A stretch of 63,868 bases of DNA, counting the filler, from Octopus bimaculoides (lineage: Eukaryota), in assembly GCF_001194135.2 (NCBI RefSeq). It is 3 parts of 3 records of this genome, joined end to end, with 100 filler letters (N's around TTAATTAATTAA, not from the genome) between each part and the next. Parts side by side here need not be neighbours in the genome. Positions count along the whole stretch, not along the records: positions 22,527 to 45,819 come from NC_069003.1; positions 45,920 to 63,868 come from NC_068986.1; 1 more part is not named here. The stretch is one strand, 5' to 3'. The translations under genes were made by a program, and so were the position numbers. Under the pieces are notes generated by a model. That model worked only from the letters and a program-made list of their open reading frames with translations, had not been told where the DNA came from and made no database searches. Positions 38,401 to 50,940 of the stretch are shown in pieces; within the stretch, counting starts at the first letter, position 1, and each line of letters begins with the position of its first letter.

Positions 38401-39420
38401 CAGCTAGAATAAGAATAGCCTGGGCAAAGTTCGGGAAGCTCCTACCTCTGCTGGTGACAAAGGGCCTCTTGCTCAGGATGAAAGGTAGACTGTATGATGC
38501 ATGTGTGCAAACTGCAATGCTACATAGTAGTGAAACATGGGCCATGACTGCTGAGGACACGGATAGGCTTGAAAGAAATGAAGCTAGTATGATCTGCTGG
38601 ATATGTTACGTCAGTGTGCATACACAACAGAGTGTAAGCGCCCTGAGAGAAAAGTTGGGCATAAGAAGCATCAAATGTGGTGTGCAAGAGAGATGACTGT
38701 GCTGGTATGGTCATGTGCTATGTATGGATGAGGACAGCTGTGTGAGGAAGTGTCACTCCCTAACTATGGAAGGAACCTGTGGAAGAGGTAGACCCAGGAA
38801 GACATGGGATGCGGTGGTGAAGCATGACCTTCAAACATTGGACCTCACAGAGGCAACCACAGGAGACCGAAACCTTTGGAGATATGCCGTGCTTGAGAAG
38901 ACCTGGAAACTAAAGTGAGATCGCAGCCATGCATGTCCGGCCCAGTTAAGAGTACCCCTGATGCATCTGACGATATGATATGCTTGAGATCTGTTCAATC
39001 AAGTAAAACCAATATCATAGTTGTGGCCAGTGCCCCCTTACTGGCTCCTGTTCCGGTGGCACATAAAAAGCACCATCCAAACGTGGTCAATGCGAGGTCT
39101 GCTTGACTGGCCCCCACGCCAGTGGCATGTAAAAAGCACCATCCGAACGTGGATGATGCCAGTACCCTGTGATTGGCTTGTGCCAGTGGCACATAAAAAG
39201 CACTATTTGAACGTGATCGATGCCAGGCCCGCCTGACTGGCTCCTGTGCACCCACTACACTCTCAGAGTGGTTGGCATTAGGAAGGGCATCCAGCTGTAG
39301 AAACATTGCCAGATCAGATTGGAGCCTGGTGCAGCCACTGGCTCTTCAGACCTCTGTCAAAATGGCCAATCTATGCCAGCATGGAAAACGGACATTAAAC
39401 GATGATAATGATGGGAGTAT
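35450..39420 (+). mobile_element. RTE-clade LINE, near full length, many stops and frameshifts
   Basis: APE: VGILNVGTLKGRS...DVCCIQEVRW and VAGDFN. RT: NYRGIKLL, QFGFVPGRSTTDAIF, FVDLEKAFDRVP, LLYADDLAL, FCYLG. The 3' UTR has ~50-bp repeats and ends in a GATGATAATGATG tail. Confidence 0.93.
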
Positions 39421-39628
39421 ACTGCTGAAGGTTGTTATATTTTACAAATTTAAATTAAATTTATTTAATTTGTGTATTGAACATGAAACTAGTTCAGTAA
39501 TTTTAAAATAAACTTTATTCATCTTGGCTGCTTTTACAGTTATTTTGTATCAAGGCAAATTTTTGATGTTTTATTTAAACATCAATTATTCACCATGCAT
39601 GGAAGCTAAGTTTTTTAACTGCACTGCA

Positions 39629-39708
<80 letters not shown>

Positions 39709-39740
39709 CATACATACATACACACACACACATACAGAGT

Positions 39741-40052
39741 GAAGGTGTGTGGCTTAGTGATTAGGGCATTGGGTTCATGATTGTAAGGTCATGAGTTCAA
39801 TTCCTGGCAATGCATTGTGTCCTTAACCAAAACAGTTTATTTCATATTGCTCTAGTCCACTCAGCTAGCAAAAATGAGTAGTACCTGCATTTCAAAGGGC
39901 TAGCCTTGTCACATTCTGTGTCACACTGAATCTCGCTGAGAACTGCATTAAGGGTACATGTGTCTGTGGAATGTTCAGCCACTTGCACATTAATTTCACG
40001 AGCAAGCTGTTCAGTTGATCGTATCAGCTGGGACCCTCTTCGTCATAACCGA
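39741..40052 (+). mobile_element. tRNA-derived SINE, family C
   Basis: GTGTGGCTTAGTGATTAGG...GAGTTCAATTCC...TTGTGTCCTT. The head is shared with 16527-16805. Confidence 0.7.
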
Positions 40053-41560
40053 TCATCATCTGTGGCGGTAAAACTGGAAATGCTGGATACCTCTTCTGTG
40101 TCGCTGGTCCTAGATTAGTCATCATCTCTAGCTGTGGCGATTGTACTGGTGGTAACATATGGTGTGGGCCTGGTCACTCTATCAGTGTTGATGATAATGG
40201 TTTGTTCATCATCTGTGGCAGTGGTACTGGGGTCGTCGGTTACCTCCTCTGTGTTGCTAGTCCTGGACTGGTCATCATCTCTGGCTGTGGCAATTGTACT
40301 GGTGTGAGACCTGGTTGATCTGTTAATATTGTTATTTGATGGTACATTGCTGGTAATGCGGATAATCGCCTGTATCTATGTGTGTATGTGAAATGTTTGT
40401 CTATTAATCTAAGGAAAAATCCTTCCCACACAAGTCTTGATGTTGAGCTAGAAGGGTGGAGCAAATCAAATGACGTTTTTGTAGCACTTCCTTTTCCGGG
40501 TGCCAGGGTGTGGCATGTAGGAGGTAGTGGCATCAAAGATGTCTTGGCTAGAGGATAGATTTGAGATCCTCTTGTTTACACCCTTCACTAGGTTCTTGAA
40601 AACTATAGAGGGGTGGCAGGAGGCTGTACTAACATAGGACAGCTTCTCGTTTGGCTTGTGATAAGGCCTGTATGTACCAGAGCACAGATCTAAAGTAACA
40701 TCTAAGAAATCTACTGTGGTGAGATTAGTCTCAATGGTGATCTTTGAGTCCCATTGAGACTAGGGGCTAATTAGGTCCTTCCTAAGCCTATCTAGTGTGT
40801 GCCCGTTGGCTCCTCTGGAGATGGCTAGGGCATAATCTCAGTAGAAACCACAGAGGACTGAAGGAAACCTCTTTCCTAAGATATCTAGAATGTACAGTCT
40901 GATAAGATCACAGACATTGGTGCTATCATATGCTCCCATAGTCACATCAAAGGAGCCCTCGGGGTCAGATTGCTTGACCCATGTTGAATCTTTACTGAAC
41001 AGCACCGTCTTCCTAGCATGCATGATAATGCTAATATCATTGTCGCTAATATCTGTGAAGTCCTTAGGAAAGGAAAGTACTTTCATCAAACTGTGTAAAC
41101 CTAGCCATGTCTCTCCCCCATTTGGCAATAAACCATGAAGTCACCTCATTGGAGCTGCATGATAGAGGGAGGCTCATGTGTCTTCTTATGTCATCATTAA
41201 TCTTCCTCATTACATACTCGCCTGGCCAATCTCAGACTTGGCCAGGTTGACCAGGCAGCATTTGGAGTTGGAGGCAAAGTTTGGCTTGTGGTCCTTTAAA
41301 GAGATAAAGGCATTTCTCTTGGCCAAGATCTCTACTCTGTCTGCTATACCTAGGCTAATTGCTATCTGTTTAGCTTCACAGTTAATGTTATTATAAGTGT
41401 GTGGGGAAGCGCATCTGTATTCTTGTGTAATAGAATCATTTAAAAGCCTATCGAAAGTGTATGTGTCTATTATGTACAAGTTCTTAGTCTTTGTATAGTC
41501 TGATGAGCTGTCTACAAGGCTTTGGCATTCATGGATACGAAACCTTTGGTAACTGTATGA
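40053..41560 (-). mobile_element. Second, different Penelope-like RT fragment (Naiad-like motif pattern, tentative)
   Basis: AFISLKDHKPNF..KCCLVNLAKSEIG; SFDVTMGAYDSTNVCDLIRLYIL; GFY*DYALAI (GLYRDDGLA motif); FLRLIDKHF. Contains stops, frameshifts and an internal deletion in motif A. Confidence 0.8.
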
Positions 41561-42558
41561 CCAGAATTTAAATATTTGTTTTAATAATTACTGCCCTATT
41601 CTTTAGAGTATGCTTCTTCTCTGATATATGTTTTATTGACTACACACACACATATATATATACAGACACGCATACATACAAATATATGGATTTATTTATA
41701 TGTAATATATTTCTAAGTATGAGTGTGTGTGTGTGTGTGTGTGTGTTTATTTCCAATGTTTTAGCTTTCTCAAAGTCACTGTCCAAAATTCTATTTCAAA
41801 AACCAAAAAAATTTGTAAAACAATCCAATGTAGACAGCATTTCCCAAGACCATCTTTTAGATGCACCATTAGAAATAATGGTGATGGCAGTGGTATGTCT
41901 TTCTTTCTCTCTCTCTCTCTCTTTCTTTCTCTTTCAGACATAGCTAATACACTGGGGATGGAGTAGAGCAGGAAATGATGTGGTGGTAGCATATATTTGG
42001 GACAGTTTGTAATGTTGGGTGGTGTAAGGGAAAGGGTGTGTAATGTATGTAAGGCGTTGAGTATTTTTAAAACAGTGCATTAAATACCAGTTACTGGGTG
42101 TTGCATATGATGAAATATAGACACTGACATGAGGCATATAGGATGCTTTTGTACAGTGTCAATGTATATGATGTGGTGATCATTTGAGTGCAATGTATTA
42201 TGCCACATCATTATCGGTTGGTCACAGCAGTGTTTATGTGTCTACATATTTCCTGTATGTCGACTGAACAGATCCAAAGTGATGCTGCTCAGGTAGGCAG
42301 GGATGCTGTCCTGCTTCTCCAGATAAAGTTCAATGAGTTTGCTGGTTGTCTTGGAGAAGCTGGTTTCCAGTAACTGCAGCTCACCTGATGGTCCTCTCTG
42401 GTGGGAAGACAAAAAAATGACATTTGTTACAAAACAATATATAAACATTGTGTGATATTTACCAAATACATACATCAGAGTTTCAGATCAGGACACCCAC
42501 ATAAGTTGAATTTTCTCTGTTTGGACAGGGATTTTCCCAGTTTTTTTACGCCACAGTC

Positions 42559-42785
42559 TTAACTCTTTAGCATTCAGATTAATCTGTCAAATGTAGTGCT
42601 TATTTATATACATTGCTTGGAATTAATTATGCATTATCTTGTAGCTTTAAGATTTTGAAGATGTGCGTGTTTATTTTTAGAATGACATTGTAGGTAGGTG
42701 TGAGAGGCAGGATCTGGCCAGTTTGAGCATAAAACAGGTAGAATATTTTGGTTGGATATGGTCAGTTTAAATGTTAAAGGGTTAA
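42559..42785 (+). mobile_element. TTAA-flanked MITE of the same family
   Basis: TTAACTCTTTAGCATT...AATGTTAAAGGGTTAA. Confidence 0.75.
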
Positions 42786-43849
42786 ACACATTTTATGGAA
42801 TGATGATGTGGATGCAATATACAGGTTGTCCATTGCTGGGATATAAGCAACAACAAAAAAAAAGTTTGTAATTCAAATTTTTACACCCATCCCTTTATCA
42901 AATCAAGCAAGGCTTTGGGTTTGTGTGTGTTTAAGAAAAAAACACATTTACTAACAGAAAAGTATGCTATTAAAATAAATTTTCTTTTACATATCTTCTT
43001 TTAAATCACTGTAGATAAATACCAGCAATGACCTTCTTAGGCTCTCCAATAGTTTTAAATCATAAACAAAAACAATGTGTGGGGGTGAGGTGAGGTGGTG
43101 TTTGAAAAAATCATAAGTTTTCAAATTCTCTTTTTTTAATAAATGTGTTTATGGGGAAAAAATATTGAAAAACATCAACACATGTGAGAGTGACAAAGAA
43201 ACAAGGAAGGTGGTCATGGGATGTGCTAGAAACAACAGCCAAATCTCACTTAAATTACCTTTTTGTCTGAAAACATTTACAATTTTTCTTTTTACTGAAA
43301 AGGCTTCTCTCATAGTTTTTAAGTGAGCAGTGCCGAAAAAATTGTCCAAAATTGATTTGGGGTGGTGAGGGAGGGAGGTGAAAAAATCATATTTTCAAGT
43401 TTTCCAACTGAAAAGAAAACTGGAATATTCCCATCTAAATAGAGAAAATCAAACATATATGGATGTCCTGATCCAAAACTCTACCCATACAATATTATAT
43501 ATATATATGAATATATAATTTACTGTTCCATTAAGGTAAGATCAACAGAAAAAGTACTCTATCCAGTGGGAGATAAATATCATTTAATGTACACAGCATA
43601 GAGTTATGAACTACTGATAGTTAGTTATATGCCTTGGAGATGTAGTCTAGGTAAGTTGTATCTCCGAGCAATCTTCAAGCTCTGAGCACATGGGCTATAC
43701 AATTTACAAATCAGGACACAAGAACCAGAGAAATTGAGAAAAAATGAGAAGATGAATGCAAAAAGTTGAAGGGTGAAAAAAAATGTCTTTTGAAGTCACC
43801 TTACAGGAAGATCTTCAACAAATGCTCAATTAAATTCCATGTATACAGA

Positions 43850-44025
43850 GGCACAGGTCTGAATGTGTGGTAAAAAGTTTACTTCCCAACTATATGGTTC
43901 CAGACCCAGTCCAACTGTATGGCACCTTGGGCAAGTATCTCCCTTTGTAGCCTCAGGCTGACCAAAGCCTTGTGAATGGAATGGATTTGGTAGATGGAAA
44001 CTGAAAGAAGCCTATCATATGTATG

Positions 44026-44099
<74 letters not shown>

Positions 44100-44545
44100 T
44101 CTGTCTGTCTGCCAGTATTTGTCCTCCAACACTGCTTCACAAAAGGTGTTGGTTTGTTTACATTCCTGTAAATTAGTGGTTTAGCAAAAGAGACTGATAA
44201 AATAAGTACCAGGCTTTAAAGCAAAAAGGGACTGGGGTCAATTCGTTTAAAATCTTTCTAGGCAGTGCCCCACCATGGCTACAGTCTAATGACTGAAACA
44301 AGTAAAAGATGAAAGATATATATACATATATATATATATCTTTTTGTTTCAGTCGTTTGACTGCAACCATGCTGGAGCACCACATTTAGTCAAACAAATT
44401 GACCCCAGGACTTATTTTTTGTAAGCCTAGAACTTATTCTATCGGTCACTTTTGTCGAACTGCTACGTTATGGAGATGTAAACACAACAACATTGGTGGT
44501 CAAGTGATGGTGGTGGGACAAATACAAACATACACACATATATAT
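43850..44545. mobile_element. Two SINE family A copies, tail to tail (43850-44325 +, 44338-44545 -)
   Basis: 3' halves face each other across a short (TA)n spacer. A further minus copy lies at 44612-44870. Confidence 0.85.
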
Positions 44546-44555
44546 ATATATATAT

Positions 44556-45545
44556 ACTAGCAGAGATACCCAGTCTTGCTCAGGATTAAAATAGCATAGT
44601 TTTTTATTGTTTTACTTGTTTCAGTCATGTGACTGTGGCCATGCTGGAGCACCGCCTACTAATTATTCTATTAGTCTCTTTTGCCGAACCACTAAGTTAT
44701 AGGTACGTAGACACACCAACAACGGTTGTAAAGCAATGGTGGGGGTACAAACACACACACACACACACACACATACACACTAATATACAAATATATACAA
44801 CAGTGTTCTTTCAGTTTCCGTGTACAAAATCCACTCACAAGGCTTTGGTGGGGCCAGAAGCTACAATGTATATATATATAAGAAAGAAAAGTGGTGGGGG
44901 TTGACGTGCAGGTGTACTCATAAACATTAACCAATTTGGTTGGTATTTCTAGCACGTCCTGCTACCATTGAACAGGTATTTGCGAATAGCTGTTATGGGG
45001 TAGCAGTGTGTGCTATACTAACCCTTACCAGTATGCGCAGTAAAAAATCTGATTAAAACAATCAAGAACTTGCAAACGTCATTGTCGGGCCCCTCGTATC
45101 ATTAATAATATCTGATACAAGTTACCGCCCCCGTCTGACATGCTTGTTTATATTCGCAAGTGCCCATTTTCCGTGTTTTATCTTTTAGTATAAAATATTT
45201 AAAAACAGATGAATCTTCGTAATTTTTTGCATACTTCATTTATTTTGGATATATTTCCCATTTTAATAATTTTTTTTAGAAACTAGGTGTCATTTTCTTG
45301 GAGAGATGTGCTTCTAAAGAAGCGCCGAAAACTGTACGGGTACCACTGCATAGATGTGATGGGTTCAAACCCTACATGAATTGAGAGTAATCTATTTATG
45401 TTGGGGGCACAAAATTTTGAGGAAAAAATTATCAGAAAATGCGTCTTATATCAAAGAGAGCACACATGTCAAATTTGTTGAAATTCAGTTGAAAATTGTA
45501 GGAGTAGTTCACACAGACAGACAACTTGCCTTTTAATACATGATA
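44556..45545 (+). mobile_element. Possible non-autonomous Helitron/HINE (DINE-1-like) remnant interrupted by a SINE
   Basis: Start TACTAGCAGAGATACCCAGTCTTGCTCAGG. End CAAATTTGTTGAAATTCAGTTGAAAATTGTAGGAGTAGTT...CAGACAGACAACTTGCCTTTTAATA. Recognised from recalled terminal motifs only. Confidence 0.4.
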
Positions 45546-45819
45546 TATATATATATATATATGGTGGGCTTTCAGTTTCTGCCTACCAAATCTACTCACA
45601 AGGCCCTGGTCAGCCTGAAGCTATAGTAGAAGACACTTGCCCAAGGTATCACACAGTGGGACTGAACCTGGAACCATGTGGTTGGGAAGCAAGCTTCTTA
45701 CCACACAGCCACTCCTGCACCTTAAAATATAATTAAGATTCAGTTGAATTAGGTACTTAAATTGAGGCACCTTGTCAGTTTGGTATGGTCTATGCTTTAT
45801 GTCTGAAATCTATATGGTC

Positions 45820-45919
45820 NNNNNNNNNNNNNNNNNNNNNNNNNNNNNNNNNNNNNNNNNNNNTTAATTAATTAANNNNNNNNNNNNNNNNNNNNNNNNN
45901 NNNNNNNNNNNNNNNNNNN
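45820..45919. other. Scaffold-join spacer (44 N + TTAATTAATTAA + 44 N)
   Basis: Same construct as 22427-22526. Confidence 0.9.
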
Positions 45920-46390
45920 GCATACGTTTTCGTAGTAATTCAGGCACAAAAAAGTTGTTTATCATCTCGATGTAACGCTCGGAATCCACAGTAACAGCAT
46001 TTCCATTATTGTCTTCAAAAAAGTAAGGACCAATGACGGCAGTTTTTCCAGCAGCACACCAGACCGTCACTTTTGAGCTGTGCAGTGGTCTTTCGTGCAG
46101 ATCTCTCCGACTTTCAAGAGCCCAATAACGACAGTTCTGTTGATTCACCATGCCATTGAGATGAAGATGAGCTTCATCACTCACTAATAAAATTTACTTC
46201 CATCTGACGTGCAAAGTTAAGCCTCTGTACATAGTCCTATGGTTTCAACTGTTGCCCAATGACCAATTTGTACGGGTGGAAATGGAGGTCTTCTTGAAAA
46301 ATATGCCTTACCGATCGATTACCGATGCCAAGTTCAGTGGAATGCCTCCGAGCAGAGCGATTTGGATTCCGTATCAAAACTTGTTGACGT
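45920..46390 (-). mobile_element. Tc1/mariner-superfamily transposase central fragment
   Basis: NPNRSARRHSTELGI..RSVRHIFQEDLHFHPYKL and SDEAHLHLNGMVNQQNCRYW...KVTVWCA...IGPYFFE. Confidence 0.85.
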
Positions 46391-46786
46391 GTTCCACATG
46401 ATGTATGTGACATATAAACACTCCTACATTCATATATATATAAACGCATTAATAAATATATGCACCATTTCTCCTTTACCCGCCCACACACCGATATCAA
46501 CACCAGCCAATACAACCACTGCATGTACGCATACATTGACAACACATTACTACAGATCCACATGCATTAATCTCGTGCACCCAAGTGTTTATGTCGACTT
46601 CACACATACACACACTCCTTTGTTACACCGTTAAGCAGGTTATTGGTTGATTGTACGGACAATTAAACAGATAATTAGATATGCTTATTGATGGGTAGTT
46701 TGACAGTGATAAATATATAACTACCATACACACACATACAAACATACATATATATATACATATATGCATGTGTGTATATATATATC

Positions 46787-47136
46787 TCTTTTACTCTTTT
46801 ACTCTTTTACTTGTTTCAGTCTTTTGACTGCGGCCATGCTGGAGCACCGCCTTTAGTCGAAGAAATCGACCCCAGGACTTATTCTTTGGAAGCCTAGTAC
46901 TTATTCTATCGGTCTCTATAGCCGAACCACTAAGTTACGGGGACATAAACACACCAGCATCGGTTGTCAAGCGATGTTGGGGGGACAAACACAGACATAC
47001 AAACACACACACACATACACATATATATACACATATACGACGGGCTTCTTTCAGTTTCCGTCTACCAAATCCACTCACAAGGCATTGGTCGGCCCGAGGC
47101 TATAGTAGAAGGCACTTGCCCAAGATGCCACGCAGT
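46787..47136 (-). mobile_element. SINE family A, young-looking copy
   Basis: Near-identical reverse complement of the 19521 and 49405 copies, with CpGs retained. Runs into a gap. Confidence 0.9.
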
Positions 47137-48085
47137 NNNNNNNNNNNNNNNNNNNNNNNNNNNNNNNNNNNNNNNNNNNNNNNNNNNNNNNNNNNNNNNN
47201 NNNNNNNNNNNNNNNNNNNNNNNNNNNNNNNNNNNNNNNNNNNNNNNNNNNNNNNNNNNNNNNNNNNNNNNNNNNNNNNNNNNNNNNNNNNNNNNNNNNN
47301 NNNNNNNNNNNNNNNNNNNNNNNNNNNNNNNNNNNNNNNNNNNNNNNNNNNNNNNNNNNNNNNNNNNNNNNNNNNNNNNNNNNNNNNNNNNNNNNNNNNN
47401 NNNNNNNNNNNNNNNNNNNNNNNNNNNNNNNNNNNNNNNNNNNNNNNNNNNNNNNNNNNNNNNNNNNNNNNNNNNNNNNNNNNNNNNNNNNNNNNNNNNN
47501 NNNNNNNNNNNNNNNNNNNNNNNNNNNNNNNNNNNNNNNNNNNNNNNNNNNNNNNNNNNNNNNNNNNNNNNNNNNNNNNNNNNNNNNNNNNNNNNNNNNN
47601 NNNNNNNNNNNNNNNNNNNNNNNNNNNNNNNNNNNNNNNNNNNNNNNNNNNNNNNNNNNNNNNNNNNNNNNNNNNNNNNNNNNNNNNNNNNNNNNNNNNN
47701 NNNNNNNNNNNNNNNNNNNNNNNNNNNNNNNNNNNNNNNNNNNNNNNNNNNNNNNNNNNNNNNNNNNNNNNNNNNNNNNNNNNNNNNNNNNNNNNNNNNN
47801 NNNNNNNNNNNNNNNNNNNNNNNNNNNNNNNNNNNNNNNNNNNNNNNNNNNNNNNNNNNNNNNNNNNNNNNNNNNNNNNNNNNNNNNNNNNNNNNNNNNN
47901 NNNNNNNNNNNNNNNNNNNNNNNNNNNNNNNNNNNNNNNNNNNNNNNNNNNNNNNNNNNNNNNNNNNNNNNNNNNNNNNNNNNNNNNNNNNNNNNNNNNN
48001 NNNNNNNNNNNNNNNNNNNNNNNNNNNNNNNNNNNNNNNNNNNNNNNNNNNNNNNNNNNNNNNNNNNNNNNNNNNNNNNNNNNNN

Positions 48086-48134
<49 letters not shown>

Positions 48135-48555
48135 TATATACAACAGGTTTCTTTCAGTTTCCGCCTACCAAATTCACTCACACAGCTTTTAGACCCGAGG
48201 CTATAGTAGATGACACTTGCCCAAGGTGTTACGCAATGGGATTGAAATCTGGAACCATGTGGTTGGAAAGCAAACTACTTACCACGCAGCTGCGCCTGCG
48301 CCTATATATGTGTGTGTGTGTCAGTGAGTGTGTATGTGTGTGTGCGAGAGAGAGTGTGTGCGTCTGTATGTATGTATATATGTGTGTGTGTGTCAGTGAG
48401 TGTGTATGTGTGGATTTTAAAATCGATGTATTACACCAGAATAACACAGGTTACTTCGAAGTCACTGTCTCCTCTATTTTCATTAAAGTAAAGTAAGCAT
48501 GAATTGTAATAAAAAATATTGAGAAATTCTTGTTTCATGGTTAACTTGTTGTAAC

Positions 48556-48593
<38 letters not shown>

Positions 48594-49404
48594 TGCACAC
48601 GCGCACACGCTCGCNNNNNNNNNNNNNNNNNNNNNNNNNNNNNNNNNNNNNNNNNNNNNNNNNNNNNNNNNNNNNNNNNNNNNNNNNNNNNNNNNNNNNN
48701 NNNNNNNNNNNNNNNNNNNNNNNNNNNNNNNNNNNNNNNNNNNNNNNNNNNNNNNNNNNNNNNNNNNNNNNNNNNNNNNNNNNNNNNNNNNNNNNNNNNN
48801 NNNNNNNNNNNNNNNNNNNNNNNNNNNNNNNNNNNNNNNNNNNNNNNNNNNNNNNNNNNNNNNNNNNNNNNNNNNNNNNNNNNNNNNNNNNNNNNNNNNN
48901 NNNNNNNNNNNNNNNNNNNNNNNNNNNNNNNNNNNNNNNNNNNNNNNNNNNNNNNNNNNNNNNNNNNNNNNNNNNNNNNNNNNNNNNNNNNNNNNNNNNN
49001 NNNNNNNNNNNNNNNNNNNNNNNNNNNNNNNNNNNNNNNNNNNNNNNNNNNNNNNNNNNNNNNNNNNNNNNNNNNNNNNNNNNNNNNNNNNNNNNNNNNN
49101 NNNNNNNNNNNNNNNNNNNNNNNNNNNNNNNNNNNNNNNNNNNNNNNNNNNNNNNNNNNNNNNNNNNNNNNNNNNNNNNNNNNNNNNNNNNNNNNNNNNN
49201 NNNNNNNNNNNNNNNNNNNNNNNNNNNNNNNNNNNNNNNNNNNNNNNNNNNNNNNNNNNNNNNNNNNNNNNNNNNNNNNNNNNNNNNNNNNNNNNNNNNN
49301 NNNNNNNNNNNNNNNNNNNNNNNNNNNNNNNNNNNNNNNNNNNNNAAAAATAAGTCCTGGATTCGATTTTTTGACTAAAGGTAGTGCTCCTGCATGGCCG
49401 CACT

Positions 49405-49808
49405 CGAATGTGTGGTAAGTAGCTCGCTTCCCAACCACATGGTCCCGGGTTCAGTCCCACTGCGTGGCACCTAGACAAGTGTCTTCTACTATAGCCTTGG
49501 GCCGACCAAAGCCTTGTGAGTGGATTTGGTAGCCGGAAACTGAAAGAAGCCCGTCGTATATATGTATATATATGTATATGTGTGTGCGTGTGTATATGTT
49601 TGTGTGTCTGTGTTTGTTCCCCCAACATCGCTTGACAACCGATACTGGTGTGTTTACGTCCCCGCAATCTAGCGGTTCGGCAAAAGAGCCGGTAGAATAA
49701 GTACTAGTTTTACAAAGAATAAGTCCTGGGGTCGATTTGCTCGACTAAAGGCGGTGCTCCAGCATGGCCACAGTCAAATGACTGAAACAAGTAAAATAGT
49801 AAAAGAGT
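49405..49808 (+). mobile_element. SINE family A, full length
   Basis: Same structure as 19521. Other partial copies lie at about 103-295 (-), 4855-5070 (-), 8966-9170 (+), 16022-16200 (+), 45560-45720 (-) and 48125-48300 (-). Confidence 0.9.
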
Positions 49809-49819
49809 ATATAATATAA

Positions 49820-50010
49820 TATATGATTTACATTTCTATATTTAAGAGATGATGAATTATGTACATCATTTACATTTGACGGATATTTGTCCCCAACTTG
49901 TTTGTTGCTAACATAACATTTCGGCTGATATACCCTCCAACCTTCATCAGGTGTCTTGGGGAAATTTCGAACCTAGGTTCTCATTCCTAAGGTGTTTTTG
50001 ATGTTGTTGT
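49820..50010 (-). mobile_element. PLE terminal-repeat remnant with a hammerhead ribozyme-like core
   Basis: Minus strand 49950-49919: CUGAUGA-A-GGUUG...CAGCC-GAAA. Confidence 0.6.
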
Positions 50011-50030
50011 TGTTGTTGTTATTATTTATA

Positions 50031-50077
<47 letters not shown>

Positions 50078-50641
50078 CTTTTTGAACACATGCTTTTCAT
50101 ACCTATATAGAAGGTAACGTGACACATTTGTCTATAGTATAGACAAATAGTATAGATTCTATACTATATAGATACGCACTAAGCATTATACACTCTTCCA
50201 CTTACCCTTTCTATTGCTTTTCTCTATCACCTTCTCTCTCCCACTCTCCTCTTTCTTCACTATTGCTCTCACATACCTTTCTCCTTACGTTCACTATCAC
50301 CCAGACACCATTACTATTCCAAGTTCTACTCTCCTACTACCCAACTTCTTTTTTCAACAATACATGCAATATAAACACACATCCTTAATGCTTTCGTTTC
50401 TCTGCACAATCCGAAACGCTACATTATTTTCTATTCCTCTTCACTTGGTGAATTTATTTTCAGATTATACATTCATTGATTGTTATTGTTTCGTTAAATA
50501 TTTTTGGCGATTTTCTATCACCTGTTTTGCTTGTGTTAACTTATATATTGTCTTATTTGTATGTCTTCTTGCTGTGATATTTTCCTAGAGGTGAATTTTT
50601 ATCTATCTATCTATCTGCATGTCTGTCAATACATACATACA

Positions 50642-50675
<34 letters not shown>

Positions 50676-50940
50676 NNNNNNNNNNNNNNNNNNNNNNNNN
50701 NNNNNNNNNNNNNNNNNNNNNNNNNNNNNNNNNNNNNNNNNNNNNNNNNNNNNNNNNNNNNNNNNNNNNNNNNNNNNNNNNNNNNNNNNNNNNNNNNNNN
50801 NNNNNNNNNNNNNNNNNNNNNNNNNNNNNNNNNNNNNNNNNNNNNNNNNNNNNNNNNNNNNNNNNNNATATAATGTATAAATATATATGTATGTATATAT
50901 ATAAATTTAGTATTCTCCACCTATATAAAGTTATATATGT

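Noticed and set aside
40838-40840. In-frame TGA in the Naiad-like RT (Naiads can use selenocysteine)
   Set aside because: It sits at the Arg of the G-L/F-Y-R-D-D motif, so it is best explained by CGA>TGA deamination. The element is degenerate and the conserved Cys before RLINP is TGC.
45225-45245. ATGAAGTAT (MKY) on the minus strand as a candidate CTPS start
   Set aside because: It continues as MKYAKN rather than MKYILVTGG, and lies within a repeat-like region.
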